Shown: positions 40,138 through 55,310 of the stretch, piece by piece | Layout: every line of letters begins with the position of its first letter | How positions within the stretch are numbered: position 1 is the first letter of the stretch | Source of the DNA: Eledone cirrhosa | Lineage: Eukaryota | DNA length: 64,000 nt | Reading direction: 5' to 3' | NCBI GenBank assembly: GCA_964016885.1 | Contig: OZ024761.1 | Location: 16,988,001 to 17,052,000 of the forward strand | Notes under the pieces: model-generated | Seen by the model: the letters and a program-made list of their open reading frames with translations, nothing else | Databases searched by the model: none | What the model was told of the DNA's origin: nothing | Made by a program: the position numbers and the translations under genes

Positions 40138-40168
<31 letters not shown>

Positions 40169-40408
40169 ATATATATGTATAAATGCATATATACATATAA
40201 ATACTTATATATATACATAAACATATGTATACATACACACATATATAGATATATATGTGTGTATATATATATATATCTGTGTGTCTATTTCTATATATAT
40301 ATATAAATATATATAATTATTACTTAGGTTCTAAGGAATATCCCGCGAATGTCGGGGTTTACTGTATATATATATATATATGTATGTATATACATATTTA
40401 TTACTTTC

Positions 40409-40769
40409 ACTGTTATTTCTAGCATGAAAAAGAAAAACCGGAAGAGGAGAAAATTGAAAAACATCTTCTTTTTCCCCCCTTTAACTTTTCAAACAAAAGA
40501 GAATTTTATGTAAACAAAAACGAAATTTTTGCCAAGAAAGATAACTCTTCTCTGACTTAAATCCAAAATTGGGATACAAAAAGAATTCAGCAATTTTTTG
40601 TATCCCAATTTTGGATTTAAGTCAGAGAAGAGTTATCTTTCTTGGCAAAAATTTCGTTTTTGTTTACATAAAATTCTCTTTTGTTTGAAAAGTTAAAGGG
40701 GGGAAAAAGAAGATGTTTTTCAATTTTCTCCCCTTCCGGTTTTTTCTAGTGTATACTAGAAATAGCAGT
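40409..40769. repeat. 361-bp palindrome, unit 7
   Basis: Same as unit 1. Confidence 0.95.
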
Positions 40770-41749
40770 CAAAGCAATATATATATGCCTTTTGTGACAA
40801 TATATATTGTTTTAACGCTAGATTATTAACAACAATATATTGTATTTGTTGGCCTATTGGACGCAGAAGACGCTCACTCGATTTTTATTATATTTTACGT
40901 TGTATTTTGAGGTTTATAGGCATTTCTATGGACCACCTACAATATTCGCGATTTTTCTCTATTCTCGGGTTCTCTAGGACTGTAAACCCCACGAATGCCG
41001 GGGGGTAACTGTATATGAATATATCGACTGATAATATACAGTATAATTGTACGAGTATGCATATACATAGCAATGTATATACATATTTACACATATATGT
41101 ACATATATATATATATATAGACACACATGTATATATATATATATATATAGACACACATGTATATATATATTTATATATATATGCATGTATGTATGTATGT
41201 ATATATGTATATATATATATATATATACATAGACATGTGTGTGTGTGTATGTACATTCTTAGGTATATACATATATATTTATACACACATACATACAAAT
41301 ATATATATTTCTATGAGTCTCGGTTTATTACACATTGGAGACAGAGTGAGAGATTTAGCTTTCATTTTTAGCAGATTTAGAAACTTTGCAAACGCTTTAT
41401 TTTTTCTTATTGCCGGTACTCTGAACACGATTTGAAATGACTGGAGTGAGTTTATAAAAGGGTAAACTGAAATAGTTGCACCGGTAATATATTTAGTGTT
41501 ACACCGGTATTTTTGAAACAATCTCTTTTGCATTCGTCTGCACGCGGTAACGTTTTCTATGCCGTCTCTGGTAGTGTAGAACTGTAGGTTGACTTGCTTG
41601 GGTTTTACAAATGTTTGTCAACATGCATATTATTATTATATACTTTCAAACACACTTACATATATTATATTTATAAACATATAGGATTTTACTAAGTTTT
41701 TATTCTTTCTAATGTGAAGAGATAGAAATAATAAGTTAAAGCTAAAGTA

Positions 41750-42783
41750 TAATGATATAACAACAGTATATAATAGTTTTCTCCACTTTATTGAGATGCA
41801 AACGTTTTAAAGAAAAAACATGACAGTATAAGAAATATTTAATATCATAACATATAATATTTCAGGTAGGATGGTCGTTTCTCTTGTCTTCCACCTCTAG
41901 TTGTAGATTCTTCATGTCCTCTCTAGCCATAATTACGTCGTCGACATATGCACACGTTTGATTTCTTCTTGAACGAATTGCAAATCTTGAGGTAGCCTTC
42001 TTGGTACATTTATTAGCTTTAATTCGTGTTTACACTGCTTGTAATAATTCGTACGTTTTTTACTTTAGATGAAACATATATATAAGAACGTCTGTGGCTT
42101 TAGTATACCTTTAAGTTTGATTTCAATAGAAAAATACTTACTGAACATGTGTAACACAATTATAACTGGAGCTACTAAGTTCCTAGCCACTAGAAAATAT
42201 ATTTGATAGAAGTTATTTCTTAGTTCTATGCACTGTCAATATCCCTTCTACTTTTTATATGCTTGTGTTTGTTAAAGAAACATTCTCTGATTTAGAAACC
42301 ACGATCTTCTCGCACCACCGTTGTAGTAATTCTTGTTAAATGTTTTGTCTGGTCTATTGTCAATAAGTGGCCTTGTTTTCTGATTATTAATAAAGTTAAG
42401 TGGTCTACTGAATTGTCTTCATTATTGCCTATTTATAAGTTTTGTTTAACTGCCGATAACTTTAAAATGTATTTCTTAGGTTGCTTAGGCCTACAAACCT
42501 TATATCAGTGTCCCTTCTTTTGACACTTTCTACGAGTGAATCCTTAAATTGACATTTTATTTTGGGTTGTACTGCCTTATCCCACCTATAACAGCTTGAA
42601 GCAGGTATAGTAAAAACAGGTCCTTGACTGTGGAGACTAATATGAGTTATGTTGAATATACTTGTTGAGGTTTATTCAATCTAAGAGAAGAAAAAGGAAT
42701 TATAAGTAAAGTGCAAAATAAATCGGCTGCTTTTAAACCTAGAGGAGGGGAGGATTGACTTAGTCAGGTTTAAATGCCCACAT
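41750..42783 (-). mobile_element. Gypsy remnant, unit 7
   Basis: YVDD at 41937-41948. Confidence 0.75.
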
Positions 42784-45700
42784 GACGGTAATTACGGCAC
42801 CCCTACAACAACAGTTAAGTGTCTATAACCACCACGCATTTATGAGACTAAAAACCTTGCTAGTGTATTTTTATTTTGGTACAAAAGTTTTTAAATTCAA
42901 GTAAGTCCAATATAATGTATTTAAACGAATCTATAGATAGGATTTCAATATCTGCCAGAGCTTATGAAATAGTAAAACAATTTTTTTTTTTCAATTGTGT
43001 CAAATACCAAAAGTTGTTCTTTATTAAAGAAATGCTAAAATAGATTTAGTTAGTATGACTCTGAACTGTGTTCAGAAACGGTAATGTTATGTTTTGCTGA
43101 GAGCCTGTCTGTCTTACAGTATGTTTACACACAATACATACATGCATATACATAAATTAATTGTTTATTAGCTATATTCATCTGTTTACACTCCTCGTAA
43201 TAATTCGAGCGGTTTTGTTTTTGTTTTTTCTTCAGGAGAGACGTAAATAGAAAAACGTTTGTGGCTTTAGTATTGCTTATTTTTAAGTTTTGTTTAATTG
43301 CCGATAAATTTGAAATATATTTGTTAGGTTTCTTAGAACTACAAATCTTTCTTATGACACTTACTACGGAATAAATTCTTAGCTGGATACTTTACTTTGA
43401 ATCAGATGTAGCAAAAACTTGTGAAGACTGACATGAGTTATGTTGAATATAAGTGTAGACGTCAAATATTTTTGTTTATTCAATCTAAAGGGAAGGCAAA
43501 AGAATTATAAGTCAAGTGCAAAATTAACGTTTAAAGGCATAAGAAAGGTATCTCGCTTTCTCTCCTGTAAAATAAATAGGCTGTTTTTAGACCAGGAGGA
43601 TGGGAGGATTGACTCAGTCAGATTTAAATGCACACATGACGGTAAATACGACAGTCCTACAACAACAGTTAAGTGTCTATGACAACCATGCATTTAAGAG
43701 ACTGAAAACCTTACTAATTTGTTTTTATTTTGGTACTTGAAAACAAAATTTAAAAACAAATTATATATTTAATTTCCTGTAAGTCAAATACAATGTATTT
43801 AAATGAATCTACAGATGGAGTTGCAATATCTGCCAGGACTTTGGAAATAGGGAAATATATAATTTTTAAAATTAAAACTACTTTTCAAAGGAATAATAAA
43901 GATATATATACACACACACACAGACATCTCTAGTGGAGATATTTCTGAGATTGGAAACCCTATCGATGTATGTATTTTGTCACTGAAAAGTTATCAAAAA
44001 ATTATTATTATATATACATGTTTGTGTTTTTGACGTAAGTAAAACGAATCTATATACGAGGTTTTCGATACCTGCCAGAGCTTATGAAATAGTAAAAGAA
44101 TATTTTTATTTTTCAATTATGTCAAACATCGTATGTGGTTCTTTATTAAAGAAATGCTAAAATAGATTTAAATATATGAAATTTGCACAGTAGAATTACG
44201 GCCGCTTGGCGGGCGTCTGGTAAAGTGGTGGTAGTGTAGGTTCGAGCGGAGGGGAAACTAAAAAGGTGGCTCAGAGATGATCGTGGCCCCGGGTAGCTCA
44301 GAAGATAGAGACCAATCTCTTAAATTAAAACAATAAAAATGTTTTAAACATAAGATAAAGTAGAAGATCGAAACCCTATCTCCAAATCTATACACACTCA
44401 ATTGATGCATAGATACACCACAACTACCCACACGACCACCTACAGACCAACAATTACGGAGTGAAAATAAACACATTTAAAGCTATTTTATTGTTAGACT
44501 AAAAATAAGTTTATATATGTAAATATTCAAAAGAAAATCACTTAAGTCTTTATAGTCTAGTGGTAAGACATAAGACTGGGGAATGCCGTGTTTGGATTTC
44601 GAATCAACTTAAAACATTAATTTTTTTTATCCTCACACTGTAAGGAATTTGTTTGATTTGAACACGTAGTCATACCATTTAAAGCTTTATTTTTCTCTTT
44701 CTAGTGGTAACACAGTCAGCATATAAATAAACGTGATTCACTTCAACACGTTGCCATACCATTTAAAACTTTATTTGGAGATGAGACAAAGACACATAAA
44801 TACACCAAGTAGTAAACCCTTGATTTAACTTACTATGAAGATGAAGAATGTCTTAATATCAAAGTGACGTTAAATTTAGGGGCCACTTTCATTGTTTTTA
44901 ATTTACAGAAACTCCTTAATATAACACAATATACAAGATATATATATCAGAAGGAATATTTTTTATTTTCTTGTTCCGTCAAACCTTGCGTTTATTCTAC
45001 ACACACACACACGTCGAAACACTTGCTTGAGGTGGCTTTCTTAGACATAATGAAAAGTGTTGGCTTTGTGGAGATTGATACAACTTTGGGTGATGTTACG
45101 AGGAGGGGCAAGGCTATGGAGAGTGTCTTAGTGGAAGAGATGATATCAGAGCAGTAACCTCCAAAGAGATGAAATTAGTGACTGAGATGCTATCATTGCA
45201 TAGTTAAGAATATATATAACAAACATATACTATAAATTTAACAAGTCAAACTACAGTTATACTCTAACACGGAAGACAAATAAAACTTTACCTCTATCAT
45301 GCACGTCGTATCCAGTGTGTTGTTATAAGAAAACCGGTGAAACACTAAATATGCCACCAGTGTAGCGATTTTATACTCTCTCTGCTTCATCGTACCACCC
45401 AGTAACATGAAACTGTGTTCAAATCCCTGGGTGGTAGAATTACGTCGCTTTAAAATAAACACACTGGGGTCAGTTTGAATATTGATTTCATGTGAAAAAT
45501 ATAAACATATTATGATTGTACTCCGAACTATCAATATTGAAACAATTCTAATGCGCCAATAAAATTTATATATATATACAGCAACAGTGTTTTCGATCTT
45601 TCTTACTTTTTTTTATTCACATTCTACAGTCACTTTAACTCTGTAATAAAAGCCAACACGAGACGAACGTTAACTGCAGTTACCCACGAAATTAACGCAC

Positions 45701-46315
45701 ACACAAATGAATATACTACGAAAATGTATTTAAAATAAAAAAATAAATACTTAAATTCAATGTATGTATAATTACACATACAATATGTTTTGTTGTAAAA
45801 CCTTAAATAATGATTTAAGAAATGATGTCAATCTTTGTACAGAGATAAACATTAATTTATGTATATGCATTGTGTGTGCGTATATACTCCATTTAAGACA
45901 GCGAAAAAACCAGTACCTCCTTCGAAGAATGCCAAATAGCTTATGCCTCAGGGATACCGGTGTAACACTAATTAAGTTACCGGTGTAGATATTTCAGTTG
46001 AACCCTGCTTCAACAAACTACCCGGTAATTTGAAATCGAGTTTAGAGTGAGGGGTGTAAAACAGAATTCTGTTTGGAAAATAGTAAATTCTAAACCTGCT
46101 AGAAATAGCACCCAAATGTCGTACTTTGGGTACGAGGTGCGACTCGTCTTACCTCTTCTAATATATATATATAAATATATATGTGTGTGTGTATATATAT
46201 ATATATGCGTATGTAGATTCACGGGTCGCGCCGGGGAGAAACCACAATAAATACAATGTACTCAATAGATTGGCACAGTATATATATATATGTGTGGTTG
46301 TGTGTGTACATATAA

Positions 46316-46361
<46 letters not shown>

Positions 46362-46601
46362 ATATATATGTATAAATGCATATATACATATAAATACTTA
46401 TATATATACATAAACATATGTATACATACACACATATATAGATATATATGTGTGTATATATATATATATCTGTGTGTCTATTTCTATATATATATATAAA
46501 TATATATAATTATTACTTAGGTTCTAAGGAATATCCCGCGAATGTCGGGGTTTACTGTATATATATATATATATGTATGTATATACATATTTATTACTTT
46601 C

Positions 46602-46962
46602 ACTGTTATTTCTAGCATGAAAAAGAAAAACCGGAAGAGGAGAAAATTGAAAAACATCTTCTTTTTCCCCCCTTTAACTTTTCAAACAAAAGAGAATTTT
46701 ATGTAAACAAAAACGAAATTTTTGCCAAGAAAGATAACTCTTCTCTGACTTAAATCCAAAATTGGGATACAAAAAGAATTCAGCAATTTTTTGTATCCCA
46801 ATTTTGGATTTAAGTCAGAGAAGAGTTATCTTTCTTGGCAAAAATTTCGTTTTTGTTTACATAAAATTCTCTTTTGTTTGAAAAGTTAAAGGGGGGAAAA
46901 AGAAGATGTTTTTCAATTTTCTCCCCTTCCGGTTTTTTCTAGTGTATACTAGAAATAGCAGT
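46602..46962. repeat. 361-bp palindrome, unit 8
   Basis: Same as unit 1. Confidence 0.95.
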
Positions 46963-47440
46963 CAAAGCAATATATATATGCCTTTTGTGACAATATATAT
47001 TGTTTTAACGCTAGATTATTAACAACACTATATTGTATTTGTTGGCCTATTGGACGCAGAAGACGCTCACTCGATTTTTATTATATTTTACGTTGTATTT
47101 TGAGGTTTATAGGCTTTTCTATGGACCACCTACAATATTCGCGATTTTTCTCTATTCTCGGGTTCTCTAGGACTGTAAACCCCACGAATGCCGGGGGGTA
47201 ACTGTATATGAATATATCGACTAATAATATACAGTATAATTGTACGAGTATGCATATACATAGCAATGTATATACATATTTACACATATATGTACATATA
47301 TATATATATAGACACACATGTATATATATATATATATAGACACACATGTATATATATATTTATATATATATGCATGTATGTATGTATGTATATATGTATA
47401 CATATATATACATATATATATATGCATGTATGTATATATG

Positions 47441-47476
<36 letters not shown>

Positions 47477-48008
47477 TATACATAGACATGTGTGTGTGTG
47501 TATGTACATTCTTAGGTATATACATATATATTTATACACACATACATACAAATATATATATTTCTATGAGTCCCGGTTTATTACACATTGGAGACAGAGT
47601 GAGAGATTTAGCTTTCATTTTTAGCAGATTTAGAAACTTTGCAAACGCTTTATTTTTTCTTATTGCCGGTACTCTGAACACGATTTGAAATGACTGGAGT
47701 GAGTTTATAAAAGGGTAAACTGAAATAGTTGCACCGGTAATATATTTAGTGTTACACCGGTATTTTTGAAACAATCTCTTTCGCATTCGTCTGCAAGCGG
47801 TAACGTTTTCTATGCCGTCTCTGGTAGTGTAGAACTGTAGGTTGACTTGCTTGGGTTTTACAAATGTTTGTCAACATGCATATTATTATTATTATTATAT
47901 ACTTTCAAACACACTTACATATATTATATTTATAAACATATAGGATTTTACTAAGTTTTTATTCTTTCTAATGTGAAGAGATAGAAATAATAAGTTAAAG
48001 CTAAAGTA

Positions 48009-49098
48009 TAATGATATAACAACAGTATATAATAGTTTTCTCCACTTTATTGAGATGCAAACGTTTTAAAGAAAGAACATGACAGTATAAGAAATATTTA
48101 ATATCATAACATATAATATTTCAGGTAGGATGGTCGTTTCTCTTGTCTTCCACCTCTAGTTGTAGATTCTTCATGTCCTCTCTAGCCATAATTATGTCGT
48201 CGACATATGCATAAGTTTGATTTCTTCTTGAATGAATTGCAAATCTTGAGGTAGCCTTCTTGGTACATTTATTAGCTTTAATTCGTGTTTACACTGCTTG
48301 TAATAATTCGTACGTTTTTTACTTTAGATGAAACATATATATAAAAACGTCTGTGGCTTTAGTATACCTTTAAGTTTGATTTCAATAGAAAAATACTTAC
48401 TGAACATGTGTAACACAATTATAACTGGAGCTACTAAGTTCCTAGCCACTAGAAAATCTATTTGATAGAAGTTATTTCTTAGTTCTATGCACTGTCAATA
48501 TCCCTTCTACTTTTTATATGCTTGTGTTTGTTAAAGAAACATTCTCTGATTTAGAAACCACGATCTTCTCGCACCACCGTTGTAGTAATTCTTGTTAAAT
48601 GTTTTGTCTGGTCTATTGTCAATAAGTGGCCTTGTTTTCTGATTATTAATAAAGTTAAGTGGTCTACTGAATTGTCTTCATTATTGCCTATTTATGCACT
48701 GGATAATTGCTGGCCTTGTGCCTAAAGTAGAAACAATTATTGCCTATTTATAAGTTTTGTTTAACTGCCGATAACTTTAAAATGTATTTCTTAGGTTGCT
48801 TAGGCCTACAAACCTTATATCAGTGTCCCTTCTTTTGACACTTTCTACGAGTGAATCCTTAAATTGACATTTTATTTTGGGTTGTACTGCCTTATCCCAC
48901 CTATAACAGCTTGAAGCAGATATAGTAAAAACAGGTCCTTGACTGTGGAGACTAATATGAGTTATGTTGAATATACTTGTTGAGGTTTATTCAATCTAAG
49001 AGAAGAAAAAGGAATTATAAGTAAAGTGCAAAATAAATCGGCTGCTTTTAAACCTAGAGGAGGGGAGGATTGACTTAGTCAGGTTTAAATGCCCACAT
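48009..49098 (-). mobile_element. Gypsy remnant, unit 8 (interrupted by the truncated SINE)
   Basis: YVDD at 48196-48207. Confidence 0.75.
48696..48735 (+). mobile_element. 5'-truncated copy (3'-terminal 40 bp) of the same SINE in unit 8, with a 16-bp TSD
   Basis: GCACTGGATAATTGCTGGCCTTGTGCCTAAAGTAGAAACA is flanked by the direct repeat ATTATTGCCTATTTAT (48680-48695 and 48736-48751). It matches the 3' end of the 23608 element except GAGT vs GGAT. Confidence 0.9.
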
Positions 49099-52000
49099 GA
49101 CGGTAATTACGGCACCCCTACAACAACAGTTAAGTGTCGATAACCACCACGCATTTATGAGACTAAAAACCTTGCTAGTGTATTTTTATTTTGGTACAAA
49201 AGTTTTTAAATTCAAGTCCAATATAATGTATTTAAACGAATCTATAGATAGGATTTCAATACCTGCCAGAGCTTATGAAATAGTAAACAAATTTTTTTTT
49301 TCAATTATGTCAAATACCAAAAGTTGTTCTTTATTAAAGAAATGCTAAAATAGATTTAGTTAGTATGACTCTGAACTGTGTTCAGAAACGGTAATGTTAT
49401 GTTTTGCTGAGAGCCTGTCTGTCTTACAGTATGTTTACACACAATACATACATGCATATACATAAATTAATTGTTTATTAGCTATATTCATCTGTTTACA
49501 CTCCTCGTAATAATTCGAGCGGTTTTGTTTTTGTTTTTTCTTCAGGAGAGACGTAGATAGAAAAACGTTTGTGGCTTTAGTATTGCTTATTTTTAAGTTT
49601 TGTTTAATTGCCGATAAATTTGAAATATATTTGTTAGGTTTCTTAGAACTACAAATCTTTCTTATGACACTTACTACGGAATAAATTCTTAGCTGGATAC
49701 TTTACTTTGAATCAGATGTAGCAAAAACTTGTGAAGACTGACATGAGTTATGTTGAATATTAGTGTAGACGTCAAATATTTTTGTTTATTCAATCTAAAG
49801 GGAAGGCAAAAGAATTATAAGTCAAGTGCAAAATTAACGTTTAAAGGCATAAGAAAGGTATCTCGCTTTCTCTCCTGTAAAATAAATAGGCTGTTTTTAG
49901 ACCAGGAGGATGGGAGGATTGACTCAGTCAGATTTAAATGCACACATGACGGTAAATACGACAGTTCTATAACAACCATGCATTTAAAAGACTGAAAAAC
50001 CTTACTAATTTGTTTTTATTTTGGTACTTGAAAACAAAATTTAAAAACAAATTATATATTTAATTTCCTGTAAGTCAAATACAATGTATTTAAATGAATC
50101 TACAGATGGAGTTGCAATATCTGCCAGGACTTTGGAAATAGGGAAATATATAATTTTTTAAATTAAAACTACTTTTCAAAGGAATAATAAAGATATATAT
50201 ACACACACACACACAGACATCTCTAGTGGAGATGTTTCTGAGATTGGAAACCCTATCGATGTATGTATTTTGTCACTGAAAAGTTATCAAAAAATTATTA
50301 TTATATATACATGTTTGTGTTTTTGACGTAAGTAAAACGAATCTATATACGAGGTTTTCGATACCTGCCAGAGCTTATGAAATAGTAAAAGAATATTTTT
50401 ATTTTTCAATTATGTCAAACATCGTATGTGGTTCTTTATTAAAGAAATGCTAAAATAGATTTAAATATATGAAATTTGCACAGTAGAATTACGGCCGCTT
50501 GGCGGGCGTCTGGTAAAGTGGTGGTAGTGTAGGTTCGAGCGGAGGGGAAACGAAAAAGGTGGCTCAGAGATGATCGTGGCCCGGGGTAGCTCAGAAGATA
50601 GAGACCAATCTCTTAAATTAAAACAATAAAAATGTTTTAAACATAAGATAAAGTAGAAGATCGAAACCCTATCTCCAAATCTATACACACTCAATTGATG
50701 CATAGATACACCACAACTACCCACACGACCACCTACAGACCAACAATTACGGAGTGAAAATAAACACATTTAAAGCTATTTTATTGTTAGACTAAAAATA
50801 AGTTTATATATGTAAATATTCAAAAGAAAATCACTTAAGTCTTTATAGTCTAGTGGTAAGACATAAGACTGGGGAATGCCGTGTTTGGATTTCGAATCAA
50901 CTTAAAACATTAATTTTTTTTATCCTCACACTGTAATGAATTTGTTTGATTTGAACACGTAGTCATACCATTTAAAGCTTTATTTTTCTCTTTCTAGTGG
51001 TAACACAGTCAGCATATAAATAAACGTGATTCACTTCAACACGTTGCCATACCATTTAAAACTTTATTTGGAGATGAGACAAAGACACATAAATACACCA
51101 AGTAGTAAACCCTTGATTTAACTTACTATGAAGATGAAGAATGTCTTAATATCAAAGTGACGTTAAATTTAGGGGCCACTTTCATTGTTTTTAATTTACA
51201 GAAACTCCTTAATATAACACAATATACAAGATATATATATCAGAAGGAATATTTTTTATTTTCTTGTTCCGTCAAACCTTGCGTTTATTCTACACACACA
51301 CACGTCGAAACACTTGCTTGAGGTGGCTTTCTTAGACATAATGAAAAGTGTTGGCTTTGTGGAGATTGATACAACTTTGGGTGATGTTACGAGGAGGGGC
51401 AAGGCTATGGAGAGTGTCTTAGTGGAAGAGATGATATCAGAGCAGTAACCTCCAAAGAGATGAAATTAGTGACTGAGATGCTATCATTGCATAGTTAAGA
51501 ATATATATAACAAACATATACTATAAATTTAACAAGTCAAACTACAGTTATACTCTAACACGGAAGACAAATAAAACTTTACCTCTATCATGCACGTCGT
51601 ATCCAGTGTGTTGTTATAAGAAAACCGGTGAAACACTAAATATGCCACCAGTGTAGCGATTTTATACTCTCTCTGCTTCATCGTACCACCCAGTAACATG
51701 AAACTGTGTTCAAATCCCTGGGTGGTAGAATTACGTCGCTTTAAAATAAACACACTGGGGTCAGTTTGAATATTGATTTCATGTGAAAAATATAAACATA
51801 TTATGATTGTACTCCGAACTATCAATATTGAAACAATTCTAATGCGCCAATAAAATTTATATATATATACAGCAACAGTGTTTTCGATCTTTCTTACTTT
51901 TTTTATTCACATTCTACAGTCACTTTAACTCTGTAATAAAAGCCAACACGAGACGAACGTTAACTGCAGCTACCCACGAAATTAACGCACACACAAATGA

Positions 52001-52869
52001 ATATACTACGAAAATGTATTTAAAATAAAAAAATAAATACTTAAATTCAATGTATGTATAATTACACATACAATATGTTTTGTTGTAAAACCCTAAATAA
52101 TCATTTAAGAAATGATGTCAATCTTTGTACAGAGATAAACATTAATTTATGTATATGCATTGTGTGTGCGTATATACTCCATTTAAGACAGCGAAAAAAC
52201 CAGTACCTCCTTCGAAGAATGCCAAATAGCTTATGCCTCAGGGATACCGGTGTAACACTAATTAAGTTACCGGTGTAGATATTTCAGTTGAACCCTGCTT
52301 CAACAAACTACCCGGTAATTTGAAATCGAGTTTAGAGTGAGGGGTGTAAAACAGAATTCTGTTTGGAAAATAGTAAATTCTAAACCTGCTAGAAATAGCA
52401 GCCAAATGTCGTACTTTGGGTACGAGGTGCGACTCGTCTTACCTCTTCTAATATATATATATATATATATAAATATATATATATATGTGTGTGTGTGTAG
52501 AATAACGGGTCGCGTCGGAGAGAAACCACAATAAATACAATGTACTCAATAGATTGGCACAGTATATATATATATATGTGGGTGTGTGTGTACATATAAA
52601 TATGTGTGTGTGTGTGTGTGTGTATGTATATATATATATATATGTATAAATGCATATATACATATAAATACTTATATATATACATAAACATATGTATACA
52701 TACACACATATATAGATATATATGTGTATATATATATATATCTGTGTGTCTATTTATATATATATATATATAATTATTACTTAGGTTCTAAGGAATATCC
52801 CGCGAATGTCGGGGTTTACTGTATATATATATATATATATATGTATGTATATACATATTTATTACTTTC

Positions 52870-53230
52870 ACTGTTATTTCTAGCATGAAAAAGAAAAACC
52901 GGAAGAGGAGAAAATTGAAAAACATCTTCTTTTTCCTCCCTTTAACTTTTCAAACAAAAGAGAATTTTATGTAAACAAAAACGAAATTTTTGCCAAGAAA
53001 GATAACTCTTCTCTGACTTAAATCCAAAATTGGGATACAAAAAGAATTCAGCAATTTTTTGTATCCCAATTTTGGATTTAAGTCAGAGAAGAGTTATCTT
53101 TCTTGGCAAAAATTTCGTTTTTGTTTACATAAAATTCTCTTTTGTTTGAAAAGTTAAAGGGAGGAAAAAGAAGATGTTTTTCAATTTTCTCCCCTTCCGG
53201 TTTTTTCTAGTGTATACTAGAAATAGCAGT
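52870..53230. repeat. 361-bp palindrome, unit 9
   Basis: Same as unit 1. Confidence 0.95.
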
Positions 53231-53708
53231 CAAAGCAATATATATATGCCTTTTGTGACAATATATATTGTTTTAACGCTAGATTATTAACAACAATATA
53301 TTGTATTTGTTGGCCTATTGGACGCAGAAGACGCTCACTCGATTTTTATTATATTTTACGTTGTATTTTGAGGTTTATAGGCTTTTCTATGGACCACCTA
53401 CAATATTCGCGATTTTTCTCTATTCTCGGGTTCTCTAGGACTGTAAACCCCACGAATGCCGGGGGGTAACTGTATATGAATATATCGACTAATAATATAC
53501 AGTATAATTGTACGAGTATGCATATACATAGCAATGTATATACATATTTACACATATATGTACATATATATATATATAGACACACATGTATATATATATA
53601 TATATAGACACACATGTATATATATATTTATATATATATGCATGTATGTATGTATGTATATATGTATACATATATATACATATATATATATGCATGTATG
53701 TATATATG

Positions 53709-53744
<36 letters not shown>

Positions 53745-54276
53745 TATACATAGACATGTGTGTGTGTGTATGTACATTCTTAGGTATATACATATATATT
53801 TATACACACATACATACAAATATATATATTTCCATGAGTCCCGGTTTATTACACATTGGAGACAGAGTGAGAGATTTAGCTTTCATTTTTAGCAGATTTA
53901 GAAACTTTGCAAACGCTTTATTTTTTCTTATTGCCGGTACTCTGAACACGATTTGAAATGACTGGAGTGAGTTTATAAAAGGGTAAACTGAAATAGTTGC
54001 ACCGGTAATATATTTAGTGTTACACCGGTATTTTTGAAACAATCTCTTTCGCATTCGTCTGCAAGCGGTAACGTTTTCTATGCCGTCTCTGGTAGTGTAG
54101 AACTGTAGGTTGACTTGCTTGGGTTTTACAAATGTTTGTCAACATGCATATTATTATTATTATTATATACTTTCAAACACACTTACATATATTATATTTA
54201 TAAACATATAGGATTTTACTAAGTTTTTATTCTTTCTAATGTGAAGAGATAGAAATAATAAGTTAAAGCTAAAGTA

Positions 54277-55310
54277 TAATGATATAACAACAGTATATAA
54301 TAGTTTTCTCCACTTTATTGAGATGCAAACGTTTTAAAGAAAGAACATGACAGTATAAGAAATATTTAATATCATAACATATAATATTTCAGGTAGGATG
54401 GTCGTTTCTCTTGTCTTCCACCTCTAGTTGTAGATTCTTCATGTCCTCTCTAGCCATAATTATGTCGTCGACATATGCATAAGTTTGATTTCTTCTTGAA
54501 TGAATTGCAAATCTTGAGGTAGCCTTCTTGGTACATTTATTAGCTTTAATTCGTGTTTACACTGCTTGTAATAATTCGTACGTTTTTTACTTTAGATGAA
54601 ACATATATATAAAAACGTCTGTGGCTTTAGTATACCTTTAAGTTTGATTTCAATAGAAAAATACTTACTGAACATGTGTAACACAATTATAACTGGAGCT
54701 ACTAAGTTCCTAGCCACTAGAAAATCTATTTGATAGAAGTTATTTCTTAGTTCTATGCACTGTCAATATCCCTTCTACTTTTTATATGCTTGTGTTTGTT
54801 AAAGAAACATTCTCTGATTTAGAAACCACGATCTTCTCGCACCACCGTTGTAGTAATTCTTGTTAAATGTTTTGTCTGGTCTATTGTCAATAAGTGGCCT
54901 TGTTTTCTGATTATTAATAAAGTTAAGTGGTCTACTGAATTGTCTTCATTATTGCCTATTTATAAGTTTTGTTTAACTGCCGATAACTTTAAAATGTATT
55001 TCTTAGGTTGCTTAGGCCTACAAACCTTATATCAGTGTCCCTTCTTTTGACACTTTCTACGAGTGAATCCTTAAATTGACATTTTATTTTGGGTTGTACT
55101 GCCTTATCCCACCTATAACAGCTTGAAGCAGATATAGTAAAAACAGGTCCTTGACTGTGGAGACTAATATGAGTTATGTTGAATATACTTGTTGAGGTTT
55201 ATTCAATCTAAGAGAAGAAAAAGGAATTATAAGTAAAGTGCAAAATAAATCGGCTGCTTTTAAACCTAGAGGAGGGGAGGATTGACTTAGTCAGGTTTAA
55301 ATGCCCACAT
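54277..55310 (-). mobile_element. Gypsy remnant, unit 9
   Basis: YVDD at 54464-54475. Confidence 0.75.

Larger units (their letters stand above)
37597..43776. repeat. Repeat unit 7 (6180 bp)
   Basis: Anchor-to-anchor distance. Confidence 0.95.
43777..50067. repeat. Repeat unit 8 (6291 bp; carries the truncated SINE)
   Basis: Anchor-to-anchor distance; 56 extra bp at ~48696. Confidence 0.95.
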
